Shown: positions 7,001 through 14,651 of the stretch, piece by piece
How positions within the stretch are numbered: the stretch's first letter is position 1
Layout: every line of letters starts with the position of its first letter
Source of the DNA: a virus
Lineage: Duplodnaviria; Caudoviricetes
IMG/VR virus record: IMGVR_UViG_3300030376_006202
Coordinates: 1-42,558 of that record
Direction: 5' to 3' (one strand)
DNA length: 42,558 nt
Translations under genes and position numbers: made by a program
Notes under the pieces: generated by a model
What the model was told of the DNA's origin: nothing
The model's database searches: none
The model's input: the letters and a program-made list of their open reading frames with translations, nothing else

Positions 7001-8027
7001 AGGAAACAATGTAAACAATGAACTCTATAAAAAACTACATGAGGAGTATGGGTTAGAATTTAATACAGACTTCTATCTACACCCACAGTCAGGCAGTTAT
7101 ATTATCAAACATAATGCTGTTAAAAAGATTGTAGCAAAACAACGGGAGAAGGGATTCATTATTGAAACCCCAAAAGGAAAAAACATTATTATAATTAATG
7201 ATGGCACAAGAGAGGGGATACACGGCAAAGAGGTTGTTGTTGCTGGAGACTTTTATTTAAAGAACAAAGACGGTGTAATTCTTGAAGAGGTTTACCAACT
7301 TGGCGAAGTAAACGCAAAGAATTGCAAGAATGCTTACTCTCATACAATGGCAAAGAAAAGAATGTATGACCGTGGAGTTCTAGATCTACTTCGATTTGCA
7401 CAAGAAGGTTTGTATTCTGATGTGGAGGCTGATGAGTTTAAAAATAATCCCAAGCAAAGAACATCCCCGCAAAAACCTCAACCAACAAAAGAAGTTATCG
7501 CCAGTGAAGCATTGCCAAAGGTAACGGCTACTCCAGTGCCTAAACTTTCAATGCCTACAAACGTAATGCCGAAGATTAGTGCGCCAGAAAAAAAAAGTAT
7601 CCCAGTGACCCATGAGTCTTCTGTTGAGTTTATGATTATGAATGTCCTGATTGAGAACTCAAAAGGTACTTCTAAATCTGAAATGTGGAACATGATCCCT
7701 AGCGATAAAGAAGAGATTAATTCTGCGATTGATAAGCTGATGGAAGAAGGAAAGATTACCAAGACAGGAGAAAGAAGAGGAACAAAGTACCACGCAAAAA
7801 CTACAGAGAGTAATGTGATTACTCCTCTGACAAAAGAAGAATACAATTCTTTGTGGAGAGAAACGTCTGAAGATCTTATCTCAAAAGGCTTTAAGTATCA
7901 TGATCTTATGCAGGTAGTTTCAGAGGTTACTGGACACAACAGTGCAATTGGTGCATTCAAAAGTGGAGAAATGACAAAACAGCATATTGAAGAAATCAAA
8001 CGAGTTGGTATGCTAAGAGTCAATTAA
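6993..8027 (+). CDS. putative single-strand annealing protein with winged-helix C-terminal region
   Basis: N-terminal GE...MAKKRMYDRGVL...GLYSDVEADEF resembles RecT/Rad52-type annealases; lies between exonuclease and ssb; Pro-rich linker, then a wHTH-like segment. Confidence 0.6.
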   Translation: MAKGNNVNNELYKKLHEEYGLEFNTDFYLHPQSGSYIIKHNAVKKIVAKQREKGFIIETPKGKNIIIINDGTREGIHGKEVVVAGDFYLKNKDGVILEEVYQLGEVNAKNCKNAYSHTMAKKRMYDRGVLDLLRFAQEGLYSDVEADEFKNNPKQRTSPQKPQPTKEVIASEALPKVTATPVPKLSMPTNVMPKISAPEKKSIPVTHESSVEFMIMNVLIENSKGTSKSEMWNMIPSDKEEINSAIDKLMEEGKITKTGERRGTKYHAKTTESNVITPLTKEEYNSLWRETSEDLISKGFKYHDLMQVVSEVTGHNSAIGAFKSGEMTKQHIEEIKRVGMLRVN

Positions 8028-8242
8028 TTATGTCAGTTGAGAAGCAAAGGGGGTTGCTCTCCTTTTCTTCAGGGGCATAGGCCAATGGACGCGTTGGCTG
8101 ACCAAGAGCATAGCTTGGGCTATGCGGCAGCCGCTGGAAAGTGGTGGTGTGAATTTACCCTGATGATCACCTGCCGTCCTCACTTGGGCTGATATGACTA
8201 GACACCTGAGTGGTGGTGTGACTGCTAGGAGAGACTGGCACC
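8028..8242 (+). ncRNA. candidate structured RNA (multibranch) upstream of Hc1/ssb
   Basis: GC-rich 236-nt intergenic gap with several nested stems containing G-U pairs; family not recognised. Confidence 0.6.
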
Positions 8243-8263
8243 TTATTACAATCTGGAGGAGTC

Positions 8264-8446
8264 ATGGACTTAACAAAGCTTTCTGTAAAGCTTCAGGAAA
8301 ATATTGATAAATTCAAAGAGGATTTTGTCCAAGCAAACACAAACAAAAGCGCAAACAGGAGGGCGCGGTCACAAAGTATTGAGATAAGAAAAATGTTAAA
8401 AAGTTGGCGAGAAAAACTACTAGCCATAGAAAAGGAAACAAAATGA
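8264..8446 (+). CDS. histone H1-like (Hc1-type) small DNA-binding protein
   Basis: NKSANRRARSQSIEIRKMLKSWR matches the NKAAxxRAR..S.E..K..K.FR pattern of short Hc1-family proteins; GGAGGAG RBS. Confidence 0.7.
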   Translation: MDLTKLSVKLQENIDKFKEDFVQANTNKSANRRARSQSIEIRKMLKSWREKLLAIEKETK

Positions 8447-9063
8447 GAGATCAAAATAGAGTATCCCTTAAGGGAACAGTAAGCAAAGAAGTAACTACAG
8501 CAACCAGTAAGAATGGATTAGCCATTGCTAACATTCCTATCTCGACTACCCAGTCAAGACAAAACGGAAATGACATTACCACTTACCACACAATTGTATG
8601 CTTTGGTGAGCTTGCTGAGATGGCTGCATCCTTTCAACTCGGTGACCGCGTGTCAGTGGAAGGGAGTATCCAAAACGATTCTTACGAGAAAGATGGGCAG
8701 CGTATTCGTGTTACCAAAGTAAAAGCATCACATCTGGACAAACTATTCTCAGAAGCCGTTGATGCACCCGCAGGTAATGCCTCTCCTAAGAAGGAGGACA
8801 GCGCAAATTTTCCCCTTGGGGAAGCTAGTAAGCCTACTGGTTTCCCCTTTCTCGATAGCCAGCGACAGATAAACTGGGAGAAGCCTGGACCAGAAGACAA
8901 TGGTTGCAGCCCAGTAGTTGAACAGTCAGGTGTTCATATGACTTGTCGTTGGGAAGATCCTGAGAATCCCTTGAGCGGAGGTATTGTTTACGGAATGAAG
9001 GATGGTGAAGAAAGCTGGACTCAGCTTGGCACAATTCCTAATACTGTAGATCTTCCCTTTTAA
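8443..9063 (+). CDS. ssb: single-stranded DNA-binding protein
   Basis: OB-fold motifs NRVSLKG, TYHTIVCFGELAE, GDRVSVEGSI; C-terminal DLPF tail; ATG8443 with AAGGA RBS. Confidence 0.93.
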   Translation: MRDQNRVSLKGTVSKEVTTATSKNGLAIANIPISTTQSRQNGNDITTYHTIVCFGELAEMAASFQLGDRVSVEGSIQNDSYEKDGQRIRVTKVKASHLDKLFSEAVDAPAGNASPKKEDSANFPLGEASKPTGFPFLDSQRQINWEKPGPEDNGCSPVVEQSGVHMTCRWEDPENPLSGGIVYGMKDGEESWTQLGTIPNTVDLPF

Positions 9064-9079
9064 TCCATTGGAAGGTTCA

Positions 9080-9119
9080 GCGTAGGGGGGATGGCACTCC
9101 TCCCTACGCATTTTTATTT
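9080..9119 (+). terminator. Rho-independent terminator after ssb
   Basis: 12-bp stem GCGTAGGGGGGA/TCCTCCCTACGC followed by ATTTTTATTT. Confidence 0.85.
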
Positions 9120-9130
9120 ACGAGGAAACA

Positions 9131-10474
9131 ATGTCCAAACTAGGAGACGCAACATGGAAGACAGAGTTTTATTTTCTGGCTTCACTAACCAACCAACCAA
9201 GATACATATACTCGATAGACCACCCACATAAATTGTTTGCAAACGGAGATCTCCTTTCTTTGTTTCGAATGTTTGAGCAAGCAATTACAAGACGAGATAA
9301 AAACGATCCACTTATAGATCCTATAGACCTTACAGAAATTAGATGCACAGCAGAATTTAGCAAAGGCAATGCAAAGTTTGACGCTGCTGGATACTGGTCA
9401 GACCTTAAAGATCCTACTATTGAAGGTTCACCCGAGAAGTTCCACAGACTTCTCGAACAATACTCTGCACTAAGACTTATACAAACGACACTCACCAGTA
9501 AGATTGAACAACTAGAGAACGGCATACTAAGCCCGGAGGAAGCCGTTAACAGCATCCAAAGCGATGTCGTAGGGCTACACCTTCCTGAGAGGTATGAGCC
9601 CGTCTCAATGAGGTCTATGGTCTCTGAGATGTGGGGCAATAGACTGGAGAGCAGAGAAGCTTCCATCAAGACAGGGTTTAAGAAGCTAGATAAAACAATC
9701 GGAGCTTTAGTTCCTGGGTGTACTTACTTGTGGACTGCTAGGACAAGTCACGGAAAAAGTAGTTGGGTAGCAGAAGTTTCTAACAACCAAGCAGCTAACG
9801 GAAACAAGGTTGGGATTATATCCCTTGAAGACTCGAAGTCAGTATGGGCATCAAGATGGTTATCTAAAGTGTCAGGAGTTTCTTTAGGTAAGATTAGGGA
9901 CAACGTTCTTTCAAACGCTGAAGGTGAGAGCTTAGATCTAGAAGATGAAGAAGCTATAGAAAGAAGTACATTCATGGACCATCTAAACAACATAACAATT
10001 GTAGATGCAAAAGGTGCACAGCTTTCAGAGATCTTACGAGTAATGAATGACATGGTTGTAAGACAAGGGTGCCAAGTTATATGGCTAGATTATCTACAAG
10101 CTATTTATGCTGATGCGCGTAACACGCGCTCAAGAAGAGACTGGTTAGAATATTGCTGGGCCATGTTAGAAAAAGAAGCCGACAGAATGGGAGTGCCGTT
10201 AATGATTACGGCACAACTAAATAGAGAGTGGGAAGGCAAAGACCTTCCTGTTATGCCAGCATTAAGAAACACAGAATGGCTAGGTGCAGCAGAGCAGAAA
10301 TGCTATGTCGGCGCAGTTATATACCGACCATACAGAGACCCAAGACTTCACATTGACGACAGGTCTGAAAGGTTTAACGAGCTAATAGTAAACATTGAAA
10401 AATGCAAACAAGGTGAAAACGTGCCCATCAAATACACTTTTGAACCTGGGCTTTGCCAGATAACGGAACTATGA
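9131..10474 (+). CDS. dnaB: DnaB-like replicative helicase
   Basis: TGFKKLD, Walker A ARTSHGKS, SLE, Walker B IWLDYLQ, AQLNRE. Confidence 0.9.
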   Translation: MSKLGDATWKTEFYFLASLTNQPRYIYSIDHPHKLFANGDLLSLFRMFEQAITRRDKNDPLIDPIDLTEIRCTAEFSKGNAKFDAAGYWSDLKDPTIEGSPEKFHRLLEQYSALRLIQTTLTSKIEQLENGILSPEEAVNSIQSDVVGLHLPERYEPVSMRSMVSEMWGNRLESREASIKTGFKKLDKTIGALVPGCTYLWTARTSHGKSSWVAEVSNNQAANGNKVGIISLEDSKSVWASRWLSKVSGVSLGKIRDNVLSNAEGESLDLEDEEAIERSTFMDHLNNITIVDAKGAQLSEILRVMNDMVVRQGCQVIWLDYLQAIYADARNTRSRRDWLEYCWAMLEKEADRMGVPLMITAQLNREWEGKDLPVMPALRNTEWLGAAEQKCYVGAVIYRPYRDPRLHIDDRSERFNELIVNIEKCKQGENVPIKYTFEPGLCQITEL

Positions 10475-10710
10475 AATACCAAATACTTACAATATTGTTG
10501 CTAGTTTCTTTAGCTGGCATTGGGAACATGATATATCGGCACAGAAAAGGACAAGCCTACAGGGAATTAAAGAAAGTTCATAAGCCATCTCAATTCACGT
10601 TATACTTGTTGGATGAATACGAACACTTCTTTAGGCCATGCTGGTGGCATTGGTTCTTTGTCTTTACATTTGTCTTTTCTTTAGGGGCTATTTTAATTGA
10701 TACGCATTGA
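10471..10710 (+). CDS. small membrane protein (two hydrophobic segments)
   Basis: ATGA overlap with the helicase stop; hydrophobic N- and C-terminal stretches. Confidence 0.65.
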   Translation: MKYQILTILLLVSLAGIGNMIYRHRKGQAYRELKKVHKPSQFTLYLLDEYEHFFRPCWWHWFFVFTFVFSLGAILIDTH

Positions 10711-11203
10711 GATAGACGGAGAGTTTCAACCTATTAAAAAGGATGGGGCTGGGCCGGAAGATGTAAAACGTTGGAAGAAAGAGGATCCCCTTTATCTTCT
10801 TAGAATGGCGCTTGTAAATAAACTAAGAAGCAAGCATTGGAGAAGTGCTCATGCAGCTAAAAAGAATTGGATGGAGGCAGCAGAAAAACACGCCAAGATC
10901 AGCGGGACTCCGGCAGAAACTCCGGCCACGGTTATTATTGAACACGCCCTACCAAACAAGTGCGACATTGACGCTCCAGTCAAGGTACTTCTCGACGCGT
11001 TTCAATCAGTGCTGCTCAGTTCTGGAGATGACAAGGATATTGAAGTGCTTATCCTTAGAAGAAAGGAATGTAAAAGAAATGAACAAAAACCAAGGGTTGT
11101 GATATATGCCTATTCAAACAAACAGTTTGCTTCCTTTTCCAGAAAGGATGTACAAGGTTCAACTGGATCTTTGGAAGAAAGAGTGGAAGGAGAGATTAAG
11201 TGA
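10697..11203 (+). CDS. rusA: RusA-like Holliday junction resolvase
   Basis: DIDAPVKVLLDAF...GDDKDI matches the RusA D-x-D-x3-K-x3-D...DD motif. Confidence 0.8.
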   Translation: MIRIEIDGEFQPIKKDGAGPEDVKRWKKEDPLYLLRMALVNKLRSKHWRSAHAAKKNWMEAAEKHAKISGTPAETPATVIIEHALPNKCDIDAPVKVLLDAFQSVLLSSGDDKDIEVLILRRKECKRNEQKPRVVIYAYSNKQFASFSRKDVQGSTGSLEERVEGEIK

Positions 11204-11513
11204 TACATATCCAATACAAAGTGAAATTTCCAGAAGAGTGGCTGAATACAGAAAAGCCTGTAAGAAAAGATCACAGGAAATGAACTTCAAAAAAGAAGAT
11301 TGGTACCTAGAGCTAAAAGCAAAAGAAACCTTGCTCCATGCAAGGTGTGTAGAAGCGGCAGAACAAATCAAACTAATAGGTAAGAAAATTGATTCACTAC
11401 ACAGACCGAAGAGAACACCTTATAAAATTGCTAGAGGACCTAAAAGAAGAAGTAGAAGCTGGACAAGTCCAGGCAATGGCACTAGTCCAACTAGATACCA
11501 ATGGGGACTTTAA
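11106..11513 (+). CDS. hypothetical protein; start uncertain, overlaps both neighbours
   Basis: The only long + strand frame covering 11204-11388. Confidence 0.4.
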   Translation: MPIQTNSLLPFPERMYKVQLDLWKKEWKERLSDTYPIQSEISRRVAEYRKACKKRSQEMNFKKEDWYLELKAKETLLHARCVEAAEQIKLIGKKIDSLHRPKRTPYKIARGPKRRSRSWTSPGNGTSPTRYQWGL

Positions 11514-11604
11514 GTGCCACGAATCTTTTAAAAACAATACAGATAGACTTGCGTTGGTTGGAGCCACGCAAGTCTTATCTCAGCATATAATGTCGGGGGA
11601 ATAG
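11389..11604 (+). CDS. hypothetical protein (71 aa), last gene of the + strand arm
   Basis: TTG start with weak AGGT RBS; protein-like helix-strand-strand-helix pattern. Confidence 0.6.
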   Translation: MIHYTDRREHLIKLLEDLKEEVEAGQVQAMALVQLDTNGDFKCHESFKNNTDRLALVGATQVLSQHIMSGE

Positions 11605-11874
11605 CTACTTCTTTTTACGAGTAGTCTTACGCTTTCTAGTCACAGTCTTAGCAGCTTTCTTTCTATTAGCAGCTTTGGAAACAACGCGAAGATTCTTCTT
11701 CCCGTTGGTTCCACCTTTGCTCAAAGGTTTCTTGTGGTCTACTTCCTTGCCCGGACCAGGCTTCAACTTACGATTAGCAGCATTACGTTTAGCCCGATCT
11801 TTCTTGTCTTTCTTGGGCGCATGGTCCCTTGCGTACTCTTTCTTATAATTACGCTTTGACTTCTTAGTAGGCAT
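11605..11874 (-). CDS. small basic HNH endonuclease-domain protein
   Basis: EVDHKKPLSKGGTNGKKNLRVVSKAANR is an HNH(N) motif; TAATG coupling favours start 11874. Confidence 0.85.
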   Translation of the reverse strand: MPTKKSKRNYKKEYARDHAPKKDKKDRAKRNAANRKLKPGPGKEVDHKKPLSKGGTNGKKNLRVVSKAANRKKAAKTVTRKRKTTRKKK

Positions 11875-12179
11875 TACCACTTCACCTTGTCGGCCCAGTA
11901 AGCAGCCGACATCTTACCCTTGGCAATGTTCTTACCGTGACGAGCCTTAAAAGACTTACGCTTGGCTTTCATCTTAGCTGACTCGCCAGCCTTTGGCTTC
12001 CCCGCAGTGCTAGCACCCTTCTCACCAAAACGAATTGTCTTAATCTTACTGCCTTCTTTGGCTACGACAATATGGCTTTTCTTGGGATGTGAGGGAGTCC
12101 TCTTCGGCTTGTTGAAGCCAGAAACCCCTGCCCTTGCAAGACGGGAGTCTTTCTTCTTTGCTGGTTTTTTAGTCGCCAT
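11874..12179 (-). CDS. Lys-rich phage protein (RFG...SFKARH...SAAYWA..W type)
   Basis: Motif I recognise from aquatic phage proteins; GAGGA RBS; function unknown. Confidence 0.8.
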   Translation of the reverse strand: MATKKPAKKKDSRLARAGVSGFNKPKRTPSHPKKSHIVVAKEGSKIKTIRFGEKGASTAGKPKAGESAKMKAKRKSFKARHGKNIAKGKMSAAYWADKVKW

Positions 12180-12633
12180 ATGTTTCCTCTAGGCAAACGT
12201 AGCGATAACAAGCAGCGACCGCAGTCACAGCTTCGCTTTCTGTTTCGATTGTTGTATCTGATACACACGATTGAACCTCCTCTATGCCCTTCTCACCTGT
12301 ACAACCAACACCGCCAGCAGCCACAGAAGTCGAGCCCACCACATTGGCGATACCTTTGAGAAGACACAAGCCTAGCCCCCGGCCAGAGCAAGAGGCTGAT
12401 TTGTTCACTAAACATGTACCAAATTCTCCATAGCCTTCCCCACCGGAAGGCTTATCACAACCTGCTGTTGCCTGAGAGGCACAGCCAATAGAGGTATGAA
12501 AGGCACAATCAGAGACTGTGACAAAAGCTTGTTTAAAAGCTTTCTTATGGGCGTCTGTGCAACCGCACAGAGATATAACAATGGCGAGAGCAATTAAGAT
12601 AAACACCCCACAAAACAACTTAAAAGTTGTCAT
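12169..12633 (-). CDS. Cys-rich predicted lipoprotein (possible spanin or accessory lysis protein)
   Basis: From ATG12633: hydrophobic signal ending in lipobox-like LCGC, then about ten further Cys; downstream of holin/endolysin candidates. Confidence 0.55.
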   Translation of the reverse strand: MTTFKLFCGVFILIALAIVISLCGCTDAHKKAFKQAFVTVSDCAFHTSIGCASQATAGCDKPSGGEGYGEFGTCLVNKSASCSGRGLGLCLLKGIANVVGSTSVAAGGVGCTGEKGIEEVQSCVSDTTIETESEAVTAVAACYRYVCLEETYGD

Positions 12634-12646
12634 AAGGTATTCATCT

Positions 12647-13015
12647 TCAGTCGCTAGCTGGAGCGGTTTTCTTTGCTGCTTCTTGGATGACATTTAACAA
12701 ACTCTCCAATTGGTCTGGGTCTACGGAATCTGTACCCATAATACCATTAAGAACATTGTCCCCAAGCCCCAAAAAGAGAGCAACAAGAACAATAAACACA
12801 ATTGAAATAAGGGCTTGGCTGTTCCCAAGAATAGCCTCAAGGGTACTCTTAGGACGCGCAGATTGTTCCCCAACTTTTTCAATTAAAACGTCCATCTTCT
12901 GATTAAGAAGCACCAGTTGACCATTTAGGTCCAGTGCTTCCTTCTGGTTATCTAAGATCTCTTTGAGGATTACTTGTGACTCATCGCCAGATAACGCACT
13001 AGAATTCTTAAGCAT
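12647..13015 (-). CDS. membrane protein, holin candidate
   Basis: Coiled coil followed by one TM segment (ALISIVFIVLVALFLGL); adjacent to the endolysin candidate. Confidence 0.5.
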   Translation of the reverse strand: MLKNSSALSGDESQVILKEILDNQKEALDLNGQLVLLNQKMDVLIEKVGEQSARPKSTLEAILGNSQALISIVFIVLVALFLGLGDNVLNGIMGTDSVDPDQLESLLNVIQEAAKKTAPASD

Positions 13016-13853
13016 TTTTCCTTTCCCCAGAAAGAGACTCTTTAATAACTTTAACCTGCTCCGATAATACAGGATTTATGTCATTGGCTTCTACCATAAT
13101 ATCTTCTTTCCCCACTAATCCGGCTCGAAAGAAATTAAGGTAGGTTGGTTTAAAAGTCGGTACAAGTCTATCGAGTCCATGCCTCGCATCGTCTCGGCCA
13201 GTGGAGTTAAGATACCCCCACGCTTGCTTAAGATTTTTAGTGTTCTTTCTCCCCGTACCAACCATAGCGCATCGTTTGGATTTGGGCATAGAAGGGGTGC
13301 CGAACCTCTTTGTAAATTTAGAAGAGATTGTAGATATTCGAGTTCCATAGATCATCGGCTCGTAGTAATCAAAGGGAACTATCATCTCTTTGGTGACGGG
13401 TGCGTTAAAACAGTTGGCAAACAATACTACATCTGGTGCGTGTAGCTTAAATGTTTCCGCAAATGCCAACGCATTGCGCTCAGGCTCCTCAGAGCCCGCC
13501 CACTGCTTCTCTGCGTTCCAGTGGTATGCTGACAAGGACAGCTCCTCACAAAGGCCAGCAGCAACCTCTCCTTCTCGCTTAGCGTCCTCTTCTGTTGTGC
13601 AGTAATGGAACCCCCAGCCATGAGCTTCCATATTAAGATCATCAGCAGTTGCTATAATCTCCCCCGCATCTTTCTTGCGGTAAGCTTTAACACCATCGCA
13701 AATTTTAACAGACAGAGCGTCAAAGCCGCTAACATAAAGATCCCAATCTTTATTAAGCTGACTCTTAAGCCAAATTGTAAGAATGTACTTGGTGGATGGT
13801 GCGCTCTTCCCCAAGGAAGAGAGCGCGCCCATAACGCTATTAAAGAAACTCAT
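13008..13853 (-). CDS. TIM-barrel glycoside hydrolase-like protein, endolysin candidate
   Basis: VKICDG, HGWGFHY, WNAE and PMIYG segments follow the GH25-like strand pattern; no other lysin is evident. Confidence 0.55.
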   Translation of the reverse strand: MSFFNSVMGALSSLGKSAPSTKYILTIWLKSQLNKDWDLYVSGFDALSVKICDGVKAYRKKDAGEIIATADDLNMEAHGWGFHYCTTEEDAKREGEVAAGLCEELSLSAYHWNAEKQWAGSEEPERNALAFAETFKLHAPDVVLFANCFNAPVTKEMIVPFDYYEPMIYGTRISTISSKFTKRFGTPSMPKSKRCAMVGTGRKNTKNLKQAWGYLNSTGRDDARHGLDRLVPTFKPTYLNFFRAGLVGKEDIMVEANDINPVLSEQVKVIKESLSGERKNA

Positions 13854-14287
13854 TTCTTTTTCCTGGTTGTCTTGGGTTTAGATCTAACAGACTTACTAGC
13901 TTTAGCAGCAGCCTTAGTATTCTTAACTACCTGCTTACCCTTCTTAGACGCAGAAGTCTTCTTTTTGTTGGTAGCTGCTTTCTCAGAAGCACTTAGCTTC
14001 TTCCAAGCTTTATCAGGCAAGTACCGTTTTGTAACGGTCTTGCCAGAAGAATCTTTGCGAATAGCAGGCTTCTTGTCAGAGGTTCGCCACTTCTCTCCGG
14101 TCCACTTCTTAAGGCTCTTCTGCTTTGCAGTTTTGCCACCCTTGTAGCCACCGCCCTTCTTCTCATACTCAGATGCAAGCATCTGTGCCTTACGGGCACT
14201 CCACTGACCGGCCTTGCCGCCCTTAGAGCTAGCCATAATCTTATTCTTAAGACGAGTCCTAAGAGTAGGCTTAGTGTAAGTGGCCAT
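13850..14287 (-). CDS. Lys-rich phage protein (probably DUF5872-like)
   Basis: GGKAGQWSARKAQMLASEYEKKGGGY...SLKKWTGEKW...RYLP motif. Confidence 0.75.
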   Translation of the reverse strand: MATYTKPTLRTRLKNKIMASSKGGKAGQWSARKAQMLASEYEKKGGGYKGGKTAKQKSLKKWTGEKWRTSDKKPAIRKDSSGKTVTKRYLPDKAWKKLSASEKAATNKKKTSASKKGKQVVKNTKAAAKASKSVRSKPKTTRKKK

Positions 14288-14448
14288 TACCTGCGTCTAC
14301 GACTCTTGGTTTTCTTCATAGCAGCATTACGAGCACCTTTCTTAGGAAGAGAGACAGCCTTGCCACCAGTCTTCTTAGCGCGTTTTTTTGCTGCACTCAT
14401 AGTGCTGTGCTTTTTCATTTTTCCAGACTTTGATTTAGACATTGGCAT
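14287..14448 (-). CDS. 53-aa extremely basic protein, absent from the ORF track
   Basis: MPMSKSKSGKMKKHSTMSAAKKRAKKTGGKAVSLPKKGARNAAMKKTKSRRRR; TGATG and TAATG coupling on both sides. Confidence 0.8.
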   Translation of the reverse strand: MPMSKSKSGKMKKHSTMSAAKKRAKKTGGKAVSLPKKGARNAAMKKTKSRRRR

Positions 14449-14651
14449 CACTTCACCGCCTTTTTGCGAGCAACTTTTTTAACAGGAGCTTTCTTAGCTT
14501 CCTTAAGTTTGCCGATTTCTGTAGACAATGCAGTAATTAAAACAAGCATGTCTTCAAATTTAGATTCAAGGTCATCAAGACGAACATCAAGTTCGTCTAC
14601 GCCTTCAACAACCAACTTAACAAATTTTTCCTTACCCCGTCCCAAGCCCAT
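14448..14651 (-). CDS. small coiled-coil protein with Lys-rich tail
   Basis: GGAG RBS; heptad repeat, then KKAPVKKVARKKAVK. Confidence 0.75.
   Translation of the reverse strand: MGLGRGKEKFVKLVVEGVDELDVRLDDLESKFEDMLVLITALSTEIGKLKEAKKAPVKKVARKKAVK

Noticed and set aside
8136-8170. Hammerhead ribozyme (CTGATGA at 8160 with GAAA upstream)
   Set aside because: Too little sequence between GAAA and CTGATGA for stems III and I, and no GAAA follows a stem II
8202-8226. H-type pseudoknot (ACACC/GGTGT with AGTGGT/ACTGCT)
   Set aside because: The connecting loop would be 1 nt across a 5-bp stem, and it competes with the next hairpin; not claimed
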